Source: Amoeboaphelidium protococcarum X5
Taxonomy: Eukaryota; Fungi; Aphelidiomycota
Direction: 5' to 3'
NCBI GenBank assembly: GCA_023515725.1
Contig: JALDTO010000206.1
Location: 112,441-176,440, forward strand
Length of the DNA stretch: 64,000 nucleotides
The translations under genes were made by a program, and so were the position numbers. Numbering within the stretch: position 1 is the stretch's first letter; each line of letters starts with the position of its first letter. The notes beneath the pieces were generated by a model that saw only the letters and a program-made list of their open reading frames with translations, searched no databases and had not been told where the DNA came from. Shown piece after piece: positions 1 through 13,645 of this stretch.

Positions 1-1009
1 AAGTCCACACGTATCCAGTCACCGCTTTACAGTAGTACTCTGGAGTTTATAACTATTCCGAATCGTGAAGGTGACCCAGTTCACGCCAAACGCTTTCACC
101 CAAGTCGGACACTGTTAGATGAGATAGAATATTTTCTTGATTGTAGGCACTATGCCTCTACTCTCGCCGCAGCAGATTCTTCTTATACGATTCATGTGGT
201 GTTAGAGTCTACTTTTCATGAACCAGAATCTTGGCGGAGGCATCATCATCCTACTATTGTTATGCTTCAGCCTCTTACGATTCTCCAGACTTGAGTTGAT
301 ACAGCAGGTCAATGTACTTGGTAGACCGCGACTACTCCACTTGGCCATCATCTTCATAAAATTCAATTACGCGTTCCAATGTACGCTCATACTCCATTTC
401 CAACATTGCTTTAGCCACGAATACTTTACATATCTAGGCGACTATAGTCCAATATTCCCTATCATATTCTGAGCGAGGATGAGATTCCATAGACCGCTAG
501 CATTCCTATAATTCAGTTAATGGCATATCGGAGAATAATTAATGAACATCCGCCAAGACTAATTTTGGAATACTGACAAAGGTTTACTGGTCAAATGCAA
601 AGCTTGTAAGGTGAATAAATTAAACATTATACATTCTCTTGGCGTCAGGTCTATTCTCGGTAAATTACAACTTTCGCGCGTAATCTTCCACCAATACTAG
701 TACCTGCTCCCACATGGGGACATCTGATGGCTGGAGGTAACGCTTAATTTATCGACATTCTTCTACATACAGCTGCATGTCTTTAGCATTCTTATACCTA
801 TTAATCAGAGTGAATACGTCAACCAGGTAATCATCCACAACATAGTCTTCAATAGAATTACCAATAAACATGACGCGCAACAAGTTATCCGCCATAGTCG
901 CCCTTCTCTCATCCAGTCTGAGACGTGCCTTTTCTAATCGCTATCTCAATTCGAATGTATATTATTTATCGCTAGTCTATTAACTAAATGCATACTAAGA
1001 TTCGTTCAT
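1..1009 (-). CDS. CACTIN: Cactin (spliceosome factor), runs off the left edge of the window
   Basis: Table-6 translation from ATG 1009 contains FELRQRLEKARLRLDERRATMADNLL, resembling the cactin mid domain. It reaches PEYYCKAVTGYVWT at the window edge, resembling the start of the cactin C-terminal domain (KPxYFNRVxTGY/FEW). Confidence 0.7.
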
Positions 1010-1509
1010 TGCGAATTACATATCTATATAATTTGACTAAATGATGCTCCAATGATGAGATCTTCGTGACAGCAACGCTAAAAGCTCCCCAAACTAAGAA
1101 TGAGCGCAAATCAAGCGAAAGAAACGCGTTAGAATTGAGCTTTGGCCTCTGTAAAACAACGCGCTCTTCAACACATGACCGGGCGATGATAATCTGACTA
1201 CAAGTATGTGCAGAATACTGTGCGCAGCCGAGATGACAAAATATACTCGCCCAACCAAGAACGACTGATTTTAATACAAACTGAATCGCGCTTCACCGTA
1301 GTATTCATCGCTTTTCTTGATAGTTTCACCATCTGGGAAAGTTGACGCCGTAAATAAACAGACAGACTGGTCAGAGTTTGAACATTTCTAATTTTTAAAA
1401 GTTTTGCATTTCATTGTCGCTTTGTGTGTGTGTTTGCATTGATCATTCTGTGTAACATTTTAAGTGTCTTTTTTGTTAGTGTAATTCTATTGTTTAAAGT
1501 TGTGAAAAG

Positions 1510-2778
1510 ATGGATCAATAATTAATAAGAGATTTGACCAAGTTTGTATCTAAATGTTTACTTAAGGAGAAAGAGTATGAAGATGAAGTGGAGTTGAATA
1601 CTAAGAATGGCAAGCGATGGGCAATATAACCTCAAGTGATGGAGCATCTCAAGGCGGAGGCGCGTAAACTAGATCTATGGAACTTGTTCATTCATAAAAA
1701 GTATTCACAGTAGCTGTAGACACTTGGGATTTCTTAAAAGTATACTTTAACTCATGAATAATACGCCCAAGTGTGTGAGATTATTGGAAGATCATTCCTC
1801 GCTCCAGAAGCCACTAATACGAATGCTCCAGACAGTGGCAACATTGAGGTACTGCTCAAGTATGCGTCTGATAGCTAGAAGTAATAGTACCTCGTTCCAT
1901 TATTGCGCGGTGAGATTAGAAGTGCTTTCGCAATGACAGAGCCTCAAGTTGCATCCAGTGACGCGCTGAATATCGCATGTACTCTGAGTAGAAAGTCATC
2001 GGATGGTGGGAATCAGATGGTGTTGAATGGCAGGAAATGGTGGATTTCTAATGGCGGACATCCTAATCTGCGTGTATTACTAGTGCTCTGCTTGGATCAG
2101 ACTATAACAGGTGGTGCTGCCAGACATCGCCGTCATACCATTGTTCTCATTCCCAAAGATGCTCCCGGTATCCGCTTCATTCGGCCAATGTGTGTATTCG
2201 GTCACGATGATGCAGTTGAGGGTCATTGGGAGATTGAGTTTGATAATGTCCCGGTCAGGTAGGAAGATGTAATATACAAGTAAGGTGCCGGATTTGAGAT
2301 CATCTAATCCAGACTCGGCGGTGGTAGAATTCACCATTGTATGCGTGCCATTGGAATGGCTGAACGTGCAATGGAGGCTATGATTCTTCGTGCCAATGAA
2401 CGTGTGGCATTTGGAAAGAAGCTTATAGAGAACGCTGTGGTCATCCATCAAATAGCTTAGTGTAGAATCTAGATCAACTAAGCTAGACTGTCAGTACTAC
2501 ATGCTGCATCTCTATTGGATTAGAATGATTTGAAACAAGTATATGTACATGTCGGCATAATAAAGGCAAGTGTCCCCCAGATTTTATGTAATGTCATTGA
2601 TCAGGCTATTTAGATTCATGGTGGTATGGGACTCTCGCAAGATACATTTCTGGCCAGGGCGTATGTATTAGCGCGTTCACTTCGCATTGCTGATGGTCCC
2701 GATGATGTTCACCTTAATCAAGTTGGAAGAACTGAGATTAAGCGTACGTTACTTCGCCTTTAATAATCTAAATTATGA
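1510..2778 (+). CDS. Peroxisomal acyl-CoA dehydrogenase (ACAD10/11-type), ~422 aa
   Basis: Motifs [32 protein letters not shown](TAA)[13 protein letters not shown] and [11 protein letters not shown]. Ends TAA TAA TCT AAA TTA TGA = QQSKL*, a PTS1. Confidence 0.95.
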
Positions 2779-2982
2779 ATTTTTGAATATTTAATGAAAC
2801 TATATATAGTGCTTGTAAATTATATTTTATTTTGGCATATAGTTTAATAGAAGGAGAGACAGCTCAATGTTGAAAAAATCGACCGTGCCGTGGGAAGCTT
2901 TCCTGTTCTCTCTACTCTTGCTTGGTTTGTTTCTACCATATACAGTAGATTAATCATCATCGTAGCTTGAGGTCAAGTAGAA

Positions 2983-4512
2983 ATGCTCAAGTTAATCAGA
3001 TAAAGGAGATATTTGAGTAAAGTGTATGGATCTGCTAGCGAGGCTATTAGCGATATTAAATCCAAGTAGAAACTCTTAGTGGGTGGGTTTGGTTTGTGTG
3101 GAATCCCGGAGAATCTTATCAAGGCATTGAATGCCCGCCCAACAGTAAATCAGCTCACAGTAGTCTCGAATAATGCTGGAGTAGATGATGCTGGTATTGG
3201 ATTACTACTGAAAAAGCAGCAGATCAAGCGAATGATAAGTTCTTATGTGGGGGAGAATAAAGAGTTTGAGCGGTAGTACTTATCTGGGGAATTAGAAGTT
3301 GAACTAATACCGCAAGGTTCGCTGGCTGAAAAGTTGAGATGCGGAGGCCACGGCATACCGGCATTCTATACAGCTACTGGAGTTGGAACATATATTCATC
3401 ATGGTAAGGTGCCGATCAAGTATGACCTTAGCGGAAAGGTGATTGAGTATAGTTAGAAACGAGAGAGCCGTTAGTTCAATGGAAAAGAGTACATTATGGA
3501 GGATGCCATTAGGGGAGATTATGCCCTGATTAAAGCATGGAAGGGCGATGAAGCAGGTAATCTGGTTTTCAGAGGCTCGGCGCTTAATTTTAATGCAATC
3601 TGTGCCAAGGCTGCGGATATATGCATCGCTGAAGTTGAAGAGATTGTACCTGTTGGCCAGTTGGATCCGGCAGAAATTCATCTACCTGGTATCTATGTGC
3701 ATAGATTGGTAAAGGGCGAGTAGTATGAGAAGCGGATTGAGCGTCTGACTCTGAGCGATCCAAGTGGCAAAGTGTCTATCAAAAAGCAAACTATCAAGTC
3801 TTCAGGTAAGAATGATGCCGAGAGTAAGAGAATAGCTATTGCCAAGAAGGCTGCTGAAGAGTTTCAGGATGGCATGTATGTGAACTTGGGTATCGGTCTA
3901 CCTATGCTATCATCCAACTTTATTAAAGACGGCGTTAATGTTGTACTTTAGTCTGAGAATGGTATACTCGGCTTGGGCAAGTATCCTGTGAAAGGGTAGG
4001 AGGATGCCGATTTTATTAATGCCGGTAAGGAGACTGTCACCCTGATACCAGGTGCATCTCTATTTGGCAGCGATGAAAGTTTCGGCATGATCAGGCGTGG
4101 TAGAATAGACTTGACCATTCTGGGGGCCATGCAAGTATCGTAGAATGGCGACTTGGCCAACTGGATGATCCCACGTAAAATGGTGAAAGGTATTGGCGGT
4201 GCGATGGATTTGGTGACGCGTAATGGTCGCACCAAGGTCATTGTTATCATGGAGCATGTGGCTAAGAATGGCAGTGCCAAAGTTTTGAAGTAATGCTCAC
4301 TCCCTCTGACTGGCATCGGATGTATCGACAAAATCATCACGGACATGTGTGTATTTGAAGTAGATCATAATACTACCAATGGTGGTAATGACGGAAGTAA
4401 ATTGATCCTGACAGAAATTGCCAGTGGGTTGAGTGTAGAAGATGTTAAAAAGGCTACGGAATGTGATTTCAAAATTGCGGACAATCTTAAAGAGTGGCAA
4501 TAGTCTAAATGA
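2983..4512 (+). CDS. OXCT1: Succinyl-CoA:3-ketoacid CoA transferase (SCOT), mitochondrial, ~509 aa
   Basis: Motifs [25 protein letters not shown](TAG)[18 protein letters not shown](TAG)SENG and GIGGAMDLV. Short basic N-terminus MLKLIRQRRYLSK. Confidence 0.96.
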
Positions 4513-4716
4513 ATCTTTACTTACTATTTATTATGATTACATTCGTGTTCTCCTAATTGAATATTCACTTTTTAAAAATATTACTCTTGATGATTTGACC
4601 ATTCAAAGTCAAGGGGCTCTTTTAACCGTTCTGTAATCTTTTACTTAGAGCAGAGCTATAACACGAGTTCTTTAATAGCGATTATAATAATAAAACGTAA
4701 TTTAACTGCATTTTAC

Positions 4717-5151
4717 ATGGCTATTAGTTCTATAAGATACGTGATTTATCTTCTGTTGACAGTGTACGTTTTGATATAATTTAAGATGATTGACATTGCA
4801 TGGGTAAAGTCTTTGATTAATGGTAGTGGTTCTGCGGTTGCATCCAACAGATTGTGCTTGAACATCGAAGGCTTTAACGGCTGCGGTTATTTCAACGCTG
4901 CCAAAGCTCTAGGTGAGAAGATTGATTCTACCCACGCTGCAGATGGTCGTGAGATTAAAGTCTATCCTACTGGACACGAGCGTTCTTAGTGGACAAGCAA
5001 GCGCGTACCTGAACTGCAGAAGTTGATTCCTGGTGCTGGCAGTCATCGCACATCACCTTTTGTCTATGAGGGATGCTCAACATCTGAATACAAGTTTGTC
5101 GGAGGTTATACTGAATTCTCTAGAAAGTACAGCTAGAAAGTTGATAATTGA
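4717..5151 (+). CDS. Small glutaredoxin/thioredoxin-fold protein with N-terminal hydrophobic anchor, ~144 aa
   Basis: MAISSIRYVIYLLLTVYVLI (signal/TM), then GCGYFNAA, HRTSPFVY (cis-Pro loop) and FVGGYTEF (Grx GG motif). TGA at 5149-5151. Confidence 0.7.
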
Positions 5152-5261
5152 TTAATACCAAATGAAAGGAGCGTGATAATGCGAGATAATATAAAGAGGG
5201 CATTGTATGAAATACTTTTATTATATTGTGGGATGTAATACTTTTCAACTCGGATGTTCAA

Positions 5262-7607
5262 TCAATCATCCTAATCGCTCTTAGTCTAACTCTACTACTA
5301 CTACTTCTTATCTTTATCTTTATTACCGCTGTGTCGACTCTCCACTGAATCTCTCTATGCGTTAGGCACCTACTTCAAAGTATCTTCGTACTGATGCTTC
5401 TCTGCAAATGGACGCGGACCTAGGAGTTCGAACATATCCTCTCTGTTCAGCACCTCCTTCTACAGCAATCGCTCTGCAACCTTCTCAATGTCACTCTTCT
5501 TCTCAGTGAGTAATTACTTCGTCCTTAACAGCGCCTAACTGATCAACTTACGCGCCTCTTCATCAATCATGCGACCAGTCTCCTCACTGTATGGCTTTTA
5601 AAATCGCTAGTCATTGTCCTGAGGATTACCATAACTCACGGCGCCGACTTTTTCGTTCATACCATACGTGACAATCTGAGCATAAGCCATCTTGGTCACC
5701 TTGTCTAGATCATCCTGAGCTCCTGTGGTTACACTCTCAAAGAATATGCTCTCACTTACACGGCCTCCCAAAGTCATACACATCCTATCCAGCAATTGAT
5801 TGGTACTGAGTAGATACTAGTCTTTAGGTAGGTATTGAGCGTAACCAAGCGCTGCCACACCGCGAGGTATAATAGACACCTTCAGGAGAGGATCTGCATA
5901 CTTAAGATACCATCCAGCCACAGCGTGACCAGCCTCGTGATATGCCACAGTCTTCTTCTCCTCAGGGGATAATACTCTGGATTTCTTCTCCAATCCGGCT
6001 ATAACTCTTTCTATAGCCTGCTCAAAATGCTTCTCCTCCACATGATCTTGATTGAATCTGGCAGCGATTAGTGCGCTCTCATTACACACGTTGGCAATAT
6101 CAGCTCCACTAAACCCGGCAGTCAACACAGCCAACTTCTAAGATAGTGCATCAAGATCAAGGTCGGTTTTAATAGGCTTCAGATGAACTTTGAAAATCTC
6201 CGCTCTTCCCTTCACATCCGGCTTATCAATAGTGATATGTCTATCGAATCGCCCGGCTCTAGTCAATGCAGGATCTAAAATATCAGGTCTATTAGTACCA
6301 GCCATCACCACCACATGTTCAGAACTAGTGAATCCGTCCATTTCCACCAGCAGCTGATTCAACGTCGACTCGCGTTCATCATGCGAAGATGCCATATTGC
6401 CTTTACCTCTAGCCTTACCAATGGCGTCAATCTCATCAATGAATATGATGCACGGGGCCATTTTGCGAGCAGTAGAAAACAGATCACGAACACGGGAACT
6501 ACCAACTCCGACAAACATCTCGATAAATTCACTTCCACTAACACTCAGAAATGGAACACCAGCCTCGCCAGCAGTAGCCTTTGCAATCAGCGTCTTACCA
6601 CAACCAGGACTTCCAGACAATATGGCACCCTTTGGTATCTTGGCGCCCAATTTCTCATACTTGGCAGGATTCTTCAAGAATTTGACAAACTCCATAATCT
6701 CCTCCTTGGCCTCATCCATACCAGCAACATCCTTGAATTTAACCTTCACATCGGTCTCCTAGTTGAACAGGCGCGCCTTACTCTTTCCAATTCCAAATAT
6801 TCCACCACTAGGTCCTTTCCCGCCACCAGTCATGCCCATCAGAGATCTATTAAAATAGATCATTGCTCCAACTAGAATCAACGTAGGAAGTAAAGTATAG
6901 ACAAGCGATGATGCAGACACATTACGCTCATAATAGAGAGGGATACGTTCTCCATCTGGAATGCCCATCTGTGCCTGAATGTTATCGATCTTGTCTTCAA
7001 ACTTCTCAGGTGATGATATTTCAAACTGATACTTTGGTGTTCGTGTAATACTTTAAGTTCCATTACTAAAAGACACGTTCTTATCATTGCGGGTGTACAC
7101 TTTCACTGTGGTATTGTTCACAATGGACAAGTGATCAACCTCTCCCTTGCGCAGTAGAGAGTTGACAAACTCTTGGAACGTGATTTACTTAGCATTACCA
7201 CCAGCCGCAGAACTAAGAAGAAAATATAAACTCGTAGCTAGGAATGCCATACCCAATACTGACGCGTTATTAGGAGTCTATGGATCTTGTTAGCCAGGTG
7301 ACTTTTTATCACCTCCACCAGATTGAGAATTCTTCTACTACTAGCCACCGCCATTCTTCTATTACTAAGCCTACTTGTTCTACTATGAATTCTTTCCAGA
7401 TAGACCAAACCACTGCTCAAATTCTTTAATTATCGGATCTTTATCAGGCTCATTCTTCTGGCTCTTGTTACCACTGCTACTGTTGTTCCTATGCTGCCTC
7501 ATCAACAATCTCGGCGTGTAGAACGTTCTTCTCCACAGAGAGACTCTTTACACGTTCCTAGATGCAGATACAAGCGGCATATGTCTAAATTGTAAAAATG
7601 CGCTCAT
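5262..7607 (-). CDS. AFG3: Mitochondrial m-AAA protease subunit (AFG3L2/Yta12 family), ~781 aa
   Basis: Walker A GSPGCGKT, Walker B IIFIDEID, second region of homology [21 protein letters not shown], and the HEAGH zinc motif. Two TM segments and an Arg-rich presequence. ORF-track fragments join across TAG/TAA in one frame. Confidence 0.96.
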
Positions 7608-7908
7608 GATACGCCTTCAATATATACTCGATATTATATAGCTAAACAAACGTAGCCAAGATCAATAAAATATGAAGAGTTTAGAGTTCTGCAAAGAGAT
7701 AAAGAAACACGAAAAGATTCCTCGATTGATGACGTTCTCCTTCATTGTCGCTCACTCGCTCTTGATGATCAACGCTAATGCTTAGTAATAGATAGTTATT
7801 CCCTGATATTCGATTCCATTCTTATTTAAAAAATTCAAGAGGAAATGAAAACGCACTATATTGGCATAGCTGAACAGTGTATTTATAACTTATATCAAGT
7901 CATTTTAT

Positions 7909-9795
7909 TCATTTCAAGTTATATGCAGAAAGTCTCTTCTAGCTGATTTTAGAGTCGTTGTTCGCCGATGCTGATACAGGCTCGCTATCACGAACAACTT
8001 CCAAGTGGGATAAATCTTTTGAGCGCTTCTTTTTATCAGACTGAGAGCCACCTTGAGACTTTTACTATTTCTACTTCTCTTCCAGTCGCTCCTGCAATTT
8101 TCGCCTAAACTCTTTGACTTTATGCTTGGATTTACGCTTAAAGCGACGCTGCCACTTGTAAAATCTCTCATCAGCTCTGTATGGAGCCAATTTCTTCAGT
8201 GAGACAAAATCATTGAGAATATCATCATCTGCCTCCAATATTTCCGATGCATCCAGACCATAAGTGTCTTGATCTACTTGTTTGTACTTAAAACGCGTCT
8301 TTAAACCGCCTTTGATGTCTTCATAATAAAGATCATCGTACTCTTTAAGCAAGTCTCGCAACTTTTAAGTGGCCGCATCATCCTCAACTTCACCACTGGC
8401 ATTATCAGTAACGATGCTCTCCTGTTCAACATCCAACGTGCGCTTTTTGTGAGATGAGGCAACCGGTTAAGAATTCTCCATATGGTCGGCATCCATGTCA
8501 ATATCAGACTCATCACTAAAGTCTGGTCGCGACTTGTCAACTTGTTCATAGTATTCGTCATCAAACACCTCAGACATGAGCTGACTGAACTTATCAGGAT
8601 TGAATTCAGATTCGCCATCATCTAACAACTTTTCAATCACCTTCTGCACCTTCTTATCGTATCGCTTCTTCTATTCTTTATCAAGGCCAGAAATCTTGAG
8701 TACCTGCTGACACATTTCCTCCATCTCTTTACGCTTCAGTTACTTTAATCTCTTCAGCTCATTCATCTTCAACTCTTTTTCAATCCTCATTCGCTCCTCT
8801 TTCGCACGGCGCTAATCTGCTCTATGACTGTCCACCTTACGCACAGACTCTGGTTACTATCTGGCATAAGTGTTTACCAAAGCCTTACCAGTTTGAGTGT
8901 ACGATGAGCCGACAACTCCCATCTTCTATTCCAACTCTTCAAATCTGAAATTGAATTTAGTCTCAAATTCCTCATCCTGCTCATCTCTTTCAAAGTCCTC
9001 CTCGTCCTGCTCAGTAAGCGCAAGATACTTTGGCGTCTATCTGCGGTCAGACTTCTCTTCCCATCCCTTGTTGAAGACATAATCCAGCAGGAACTAATCA
9101 TCTTCATCCGCAGCCTTCTTCTCTCCACCACCACCGGCTAGATAATTATTGAATACTTTCTACGCGTTCTTATCATCCTTGATCTTGTCCAGCACCCAAT
9201 CATTGTACTGATCATCTTCTTACTGAGTCTATTCAACAGATTTCGATTTGACTACGAGCAGATCATCCTCAGGATCTTCCACTGCAATTGCTCGAATCAA
9301 ATTCTGTTTAATCTATCTCTACTCTTGTTCATGGGTAATAATGACTTATTCAGGACTATCATCCAGTTCACCACGTAATAAACGTTCCTTATGGTAATCT
9401 GCCAATAACAGCGGCTTCTATTTACTGGCGGGGGTATCAGCGTTCGATGCATCAACATTCGCCGCAGACTGAAATTAAAAGAACTGATGAGATGGATCAT
9501 AAATGGCAGAGTCGCGCGTTCTAATCGCAGCAATAGTCTTCAATACCTGAGCCTCTTGATCAGCAGTTATTTCCATCGCGTCGTCATCCTCATCCTCATC
9601 TTCGCTGCTACTATCGTTGCTATCACCATCGCCCAGTTGATATTGATCATCTCCGCTGCCGTACTTGTCTTTCAATCTGTGCAACTCCTCTCGCTACTTA
9701 TTGTAATTAAATCTCTTGGCATAATCCTCATTAACATTCAATATGGCGCCATGCTATGAACCAGCGACATCTTCATCTTTATCAAATAACTCCAT
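7909..9795 (-). CDS. KRI1: KRI1, 40S ribosome biogenesis protein, ~628 aa
   Basis: N-terminal LNVNEDYAKRFNYNKQREELHRLKDKYG, middle FETKFNFRFEE, and C-terminal TRFKYKQVDQDTYGLDASEILEADDDILNDFVSLKKLAPYR. Confidence 0.93.
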
Positions 9796-10006
9796 TTTAT
9801 TTATATTAGACTTCAGGATATCTAAAAATGAAGTTTTGCTTTATTTTCACCAGTGTGCTGATAGTAATAAGGCCTAAGCGAACAGATCAGAAGATTTAAA
9901 ATTCAGGAGGCTCGGCATGTTTTCAATGACTGAGAGCTTCTAAAGTGAAAGATCACAATCTTTTTCTGATAAAAAAAGCTGTTAGAATAATATTGATGAT
10001 ATTATA

Positions 10007-11305
10007 ATGATTTAAAAGCTAGTATATCTATTTGCTATTAATTGTGCGTATGTGCTGGCCATAGATTTTAGAGTTATTAATCCATTGAAGAATTCCTAGT
10101 GGATCAGTGGATCAATGATGGACATCAGGTGGAAAATGGACAATGTCAGTCTGCCGTATGATGGTGTACGCGTCAAAATCGATATGTATAAGTATGTTTA
10201 TGGATCGCGGTCCTTCATGCGGACTATCGTATCTGCAGCGGAGAACAATGGACTTTATGAATGGCCCGTGGTAAATGATGCCACTGATACTGACACCTTT
10301 GAGATTGTAATATCATCATCATCATCAAATTCTGAAGGTGAACATCGACCAGGAGTCAGTGGATATTTTAAATCAGTCTAGCCATCGCCAGCTAATATCG
10401 CTATTAATATCGATTCACCTTAGGTGTAGAGCACGTTCTATTCGGGCCAGAAGGTGAATATTGGCTGGTCTAAATTGTATCCGTTGCCTGATTTCCAGTA
10501 TGGACTGTATGCCGATCTTATGCTGGACTCTCGATCAGTTGCAAGTGTCGCGCGTAATGTCTCGGCTTAATCTGATTCTGGAATCATCGAATGGACTGTG
10601 GGCGACGATTATCCTCTATCTACATCCACATAATCATCTGATCTTCTTAATAATCAATAAGGCGGAGAATTCGTGTTCACTGGCAAGTTGATGCTCTGGG
10701 GATTCGATGTGCGAAATGATAAGATTGTGTATGGCACTCAAGGTCCAATTTATGTTGATTATACAGACAAAATACCACTGGCTATATCTTTTGTGTCCAT
10801 TAACTAAGGCGATTTCTGGTATTTGGGAGCTAAGGTGACTATCGTCTTGTAATTGGCAGAGAAGGAGCGAGCTAAAGCGGTGCAGCGCGATGTAAAGATT
10901 GAACTTGGACTTTACAATAATGACAATGAACGCGTCGATTGGATTCTATAACCTGGCTCTCTCATTAAAGAATCCGAATGGAAGGCTGGTTCTGCTTTTA
11001 TCAGTTATGTTGTTCCTGAGGGCATCAAGTTAGAGTCTCTGCAATCATTGGTCATTGATTCTAATAAGCAATAGCATACATTTAGTGACGAGAAAAAGCC
11101 AAAGACATTCTATCTGCATTTTGATGCTGAATATGCGGCTAAAGAGCCTGGTAAATGGTTTAGAATTGATGGTAATAGTCCCGTGTTCAATCTCAAACCA
11201 TTGTAGAAAGAGCGAGGACCTGGCGGTGCTGCATCATCACTGTAGTTATCCGCTCTTTCCAACGTTGTATGCATTCTCTCTGTACTCTTATATATATTGG
11301 TTTGA
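10007..11305 (+). CDS. Secreted, probably GPI-anchored protein with about 3 Ig-like (Kre9/Knh1-like) repeats, ~432 aa
   Basis: N-terminal signal peptide. Three units open with related motifs: PLKNSQWISGSMMDIRW, PQVQSTFYSGQKVNIGW, INQGDFWYLGAKVTIVL. Hydrophobic tail ALSNVVCILSVLLYILV* follows GGAASS. Confidence 0.65.
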
Positions 11306-11540
11306 TTTTTGACTAAATACAAGTATCCTTATCTTTATTCTTGAGTTTCTCTATCATCATCTAGTCCTTAGTAATCCTTGAGCAGTCAGCTCCTTGTCAT
11401 GAGGCGTTCAGTTCTAAACTGTTTGATCAGGGGCCAGTTGAACTCATAATTGCTCCCAAACTTGCGATTAATCTTCGTATTGGCTGTAAGCATTCTATTT
11501 AATCTATTAGAGTGTAAAATACTCAGCCATCATTTATAGA

Positions 11541-12866
11541 ATGAAAGTGCTCACTCTGCCTTGCGACGTATCTGAGGATATTTTTCAGTAGATACCATCT
11601 TGCCATTCTGCTAGGCGGATTACTGTCATGGAGCTGATTGATAGTGCCGATAGTAATAATAACAGCAGCAACTAAATCTAAAAGTCAAGTAAATTGAGTC
11701 TGAGGTATGCAAATGCTAGATTTGATGAAATTTCTGTATCTGACGCCTAGCTGCTTCTTCATAGATAACGTGCTTCGAGCAGTGGTGATGGCGAGTAAGA
11801 TGTGGTTGGAATTTTAGTATTACATCTCCCTGATGGCGTACCGCAGTCTGTAAAATTTCATTACGCGTCCGTGCTCCCTAATATAGCCAAGGCATTTGGA
11901 GTATATAGAGCCAAGACTATCACGTCGCTTGAAGATTTACCCAGTCAATTGGATATCCCATCTGATTTAGACTTGCACAATGCACTGTCAGAGAGTGAAC
12001 GCGTGCGATTGTCAGCTCTTAAGGCAGTCGAGCAGGAGCGCGAAGAGTTGATTAAAATGCACACTCAAGACAAGATGACTGAGGCTGCAAAGAGTGGCGG
12101 CTTCCATTCTATTGATTTGCAGTGGAATTCTGAAATCTAGTCATCCCTGAAGGACTTGTTTAAGGGTTATCCGTTGGAAGATGATCAAGATCTATTCGCC
12201 TTTATTAAATCGATGAATTTGGTGAACAACTACGGCTATCCTAGAATGGTAAAGTATGTGCAATTCTTTATATCCGGAGATGAGCAGCAAATGAATAGCA
12301 CTGCCGTAAAGTCGCTCATGTCAAACTAGCATATTCCACTCACTCTGTGTCCACTGGACTCGCCACGCCTCATCATCTTGGCGTACCCGCTGGTTGTGAA
12401 AGACAATATCGCTGCAATCAGGCGTGTTCTTGTGCACTGGATACCTGATGGCGCCGATCCACGCGTGAAAATGATTTACAGCTCTGCCAAGCCATAGTTT
12501 AAGCGCAATGTTTTGTCATTAATGGAAGCGCAGTAGATCAACTTTGATGAATAGTTGAGCCTGTCCAATGACGATTTGTATCATAAGGCTGAAGATTTGA
12601 ATGCGTCATTAGGTGAATAGAAGTAAGAAAACGCCGATCCGTAACATGAAGTCACCCTTGAATCAAGCGGCGGCGATGATGTTAAAGATGGCAAGTTTAT
12701 GACAGTCCTGGAACTATTGCGAATGGTTGAAGAGAGCATCGAGATGAGAGTGGCTGAGCGGAGACGCGAGAATGAAACGCTGAAATTGAAAAAGAGTTTG
12801 CCTCCCAGGCCGAGACAGACGCGTAATCCTTCCTCTGCATTGCATCAAAGAGTGATGTGGAGTTGA
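11541..12866 (+). CDS. Divergent twinfilin-like protein (two ADF-H domains), ~441 aa
   Basis: Two ADF-H signature segments, LHLPDGVPQSVKFHYASVLPNIAKAFG and VHWIPDGADPRVKMIYSSAKPQF, joined by a linker LSESERVRL. Basic C-terminal tail. Confidence 0.7.
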
Positions 12867-13205
12867 ACCTATTGTGAGTGTGTGATCTCTTGCCTAGTGT
12901 GTAAGTTCGTTTGGAAATACATTTATTCTTTGTATACAGTGCATTGTCTTCAGTAATTATTTGTCTTTTAGTTTCTACCGAGCAGCACTTTTGATAAAGT
13001 AGGGAAAGGAAGAATCAAGAACTTTGAGGCCTCACAAAACTTCTTTTTTAAAGAGTAATCACTAACGCTGAATCCGACTGTCGTTCGAGATATGCACTTT
13101 CGGCGCCGCGATATATGGTCTAAGATAAAAATAAAATTGTAAATAAAGCCCAATAGAAAACACGAATTATGCAAAGACGACTATATAAACTTTAATTAGT
13201 AGAAA

Positions 13206-13490
13206 TCACTTTCTCCAGTCGTTCCACATGTCTTTCCAACTGACACGACCCATTCTGATGGCGTTGATGTTCTCTTCCCTGAATCCATCCAGCCAACTTA
13301 CGCCCCACTCATTAGTATAGTACAGATATGCAGGAAATGCACCATACAATATTACCAACCACTTCAAATTATACGAATTTATCCTAAACTAACCAAACTG
13401 ACCCAAGTATCTCTAATAGACCCATCGATCAATTGCAGGATCCTTCTTCAGGACCGTATTGTACTTGTGATCAAAAGTGTGCAATGGCAT
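13206..13490 (-). CDS. Complex I accessory subunit NDUFB4/B15-like, 94 aa (absent from ORF track)
   Basis: MPLHTFDHKYNTVLKKDPAIDRWVYQRYLGQFGQFRINSYNLKWLVILYGAFPAYLYY: a DPAIxRW motif followed by a single TM segment. Confidence 0.7.
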
Positions 13491-13614
13491 ACTGAGGTTA
13501 AATTCAAAGTAATTCTCTAATTAATGTAGTACAGCACTGTTAATTAATAATTAGGCAAAGATTAATTCAAAAGGACACTTTACGCCAAATATGACCGTTT
13601 GACTATGAGAAAGC

Positions 13615-13645
13615 GGGAGAGGAAGAGAAAGAGAGAGAGAGAGAG
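13615..13645. repeat. GA-rich / (GA)n tract in the divergent NDUFB4-ETFA promoter region
   Basis: gggagaggaagagaaagagagagagagagagc. Similar GA tracts occur near 21140, 23246 and 27576 in other intergenic regions. Confidence 0.6.

Noticed and set aside
4717-5151. Selenoprotein or TGA readthrough in the redoxin-like gene
   Set aside because: The active-site residue is TGC (Cys). No in-frame TGA within a conserved domain was seen in any gene traced.
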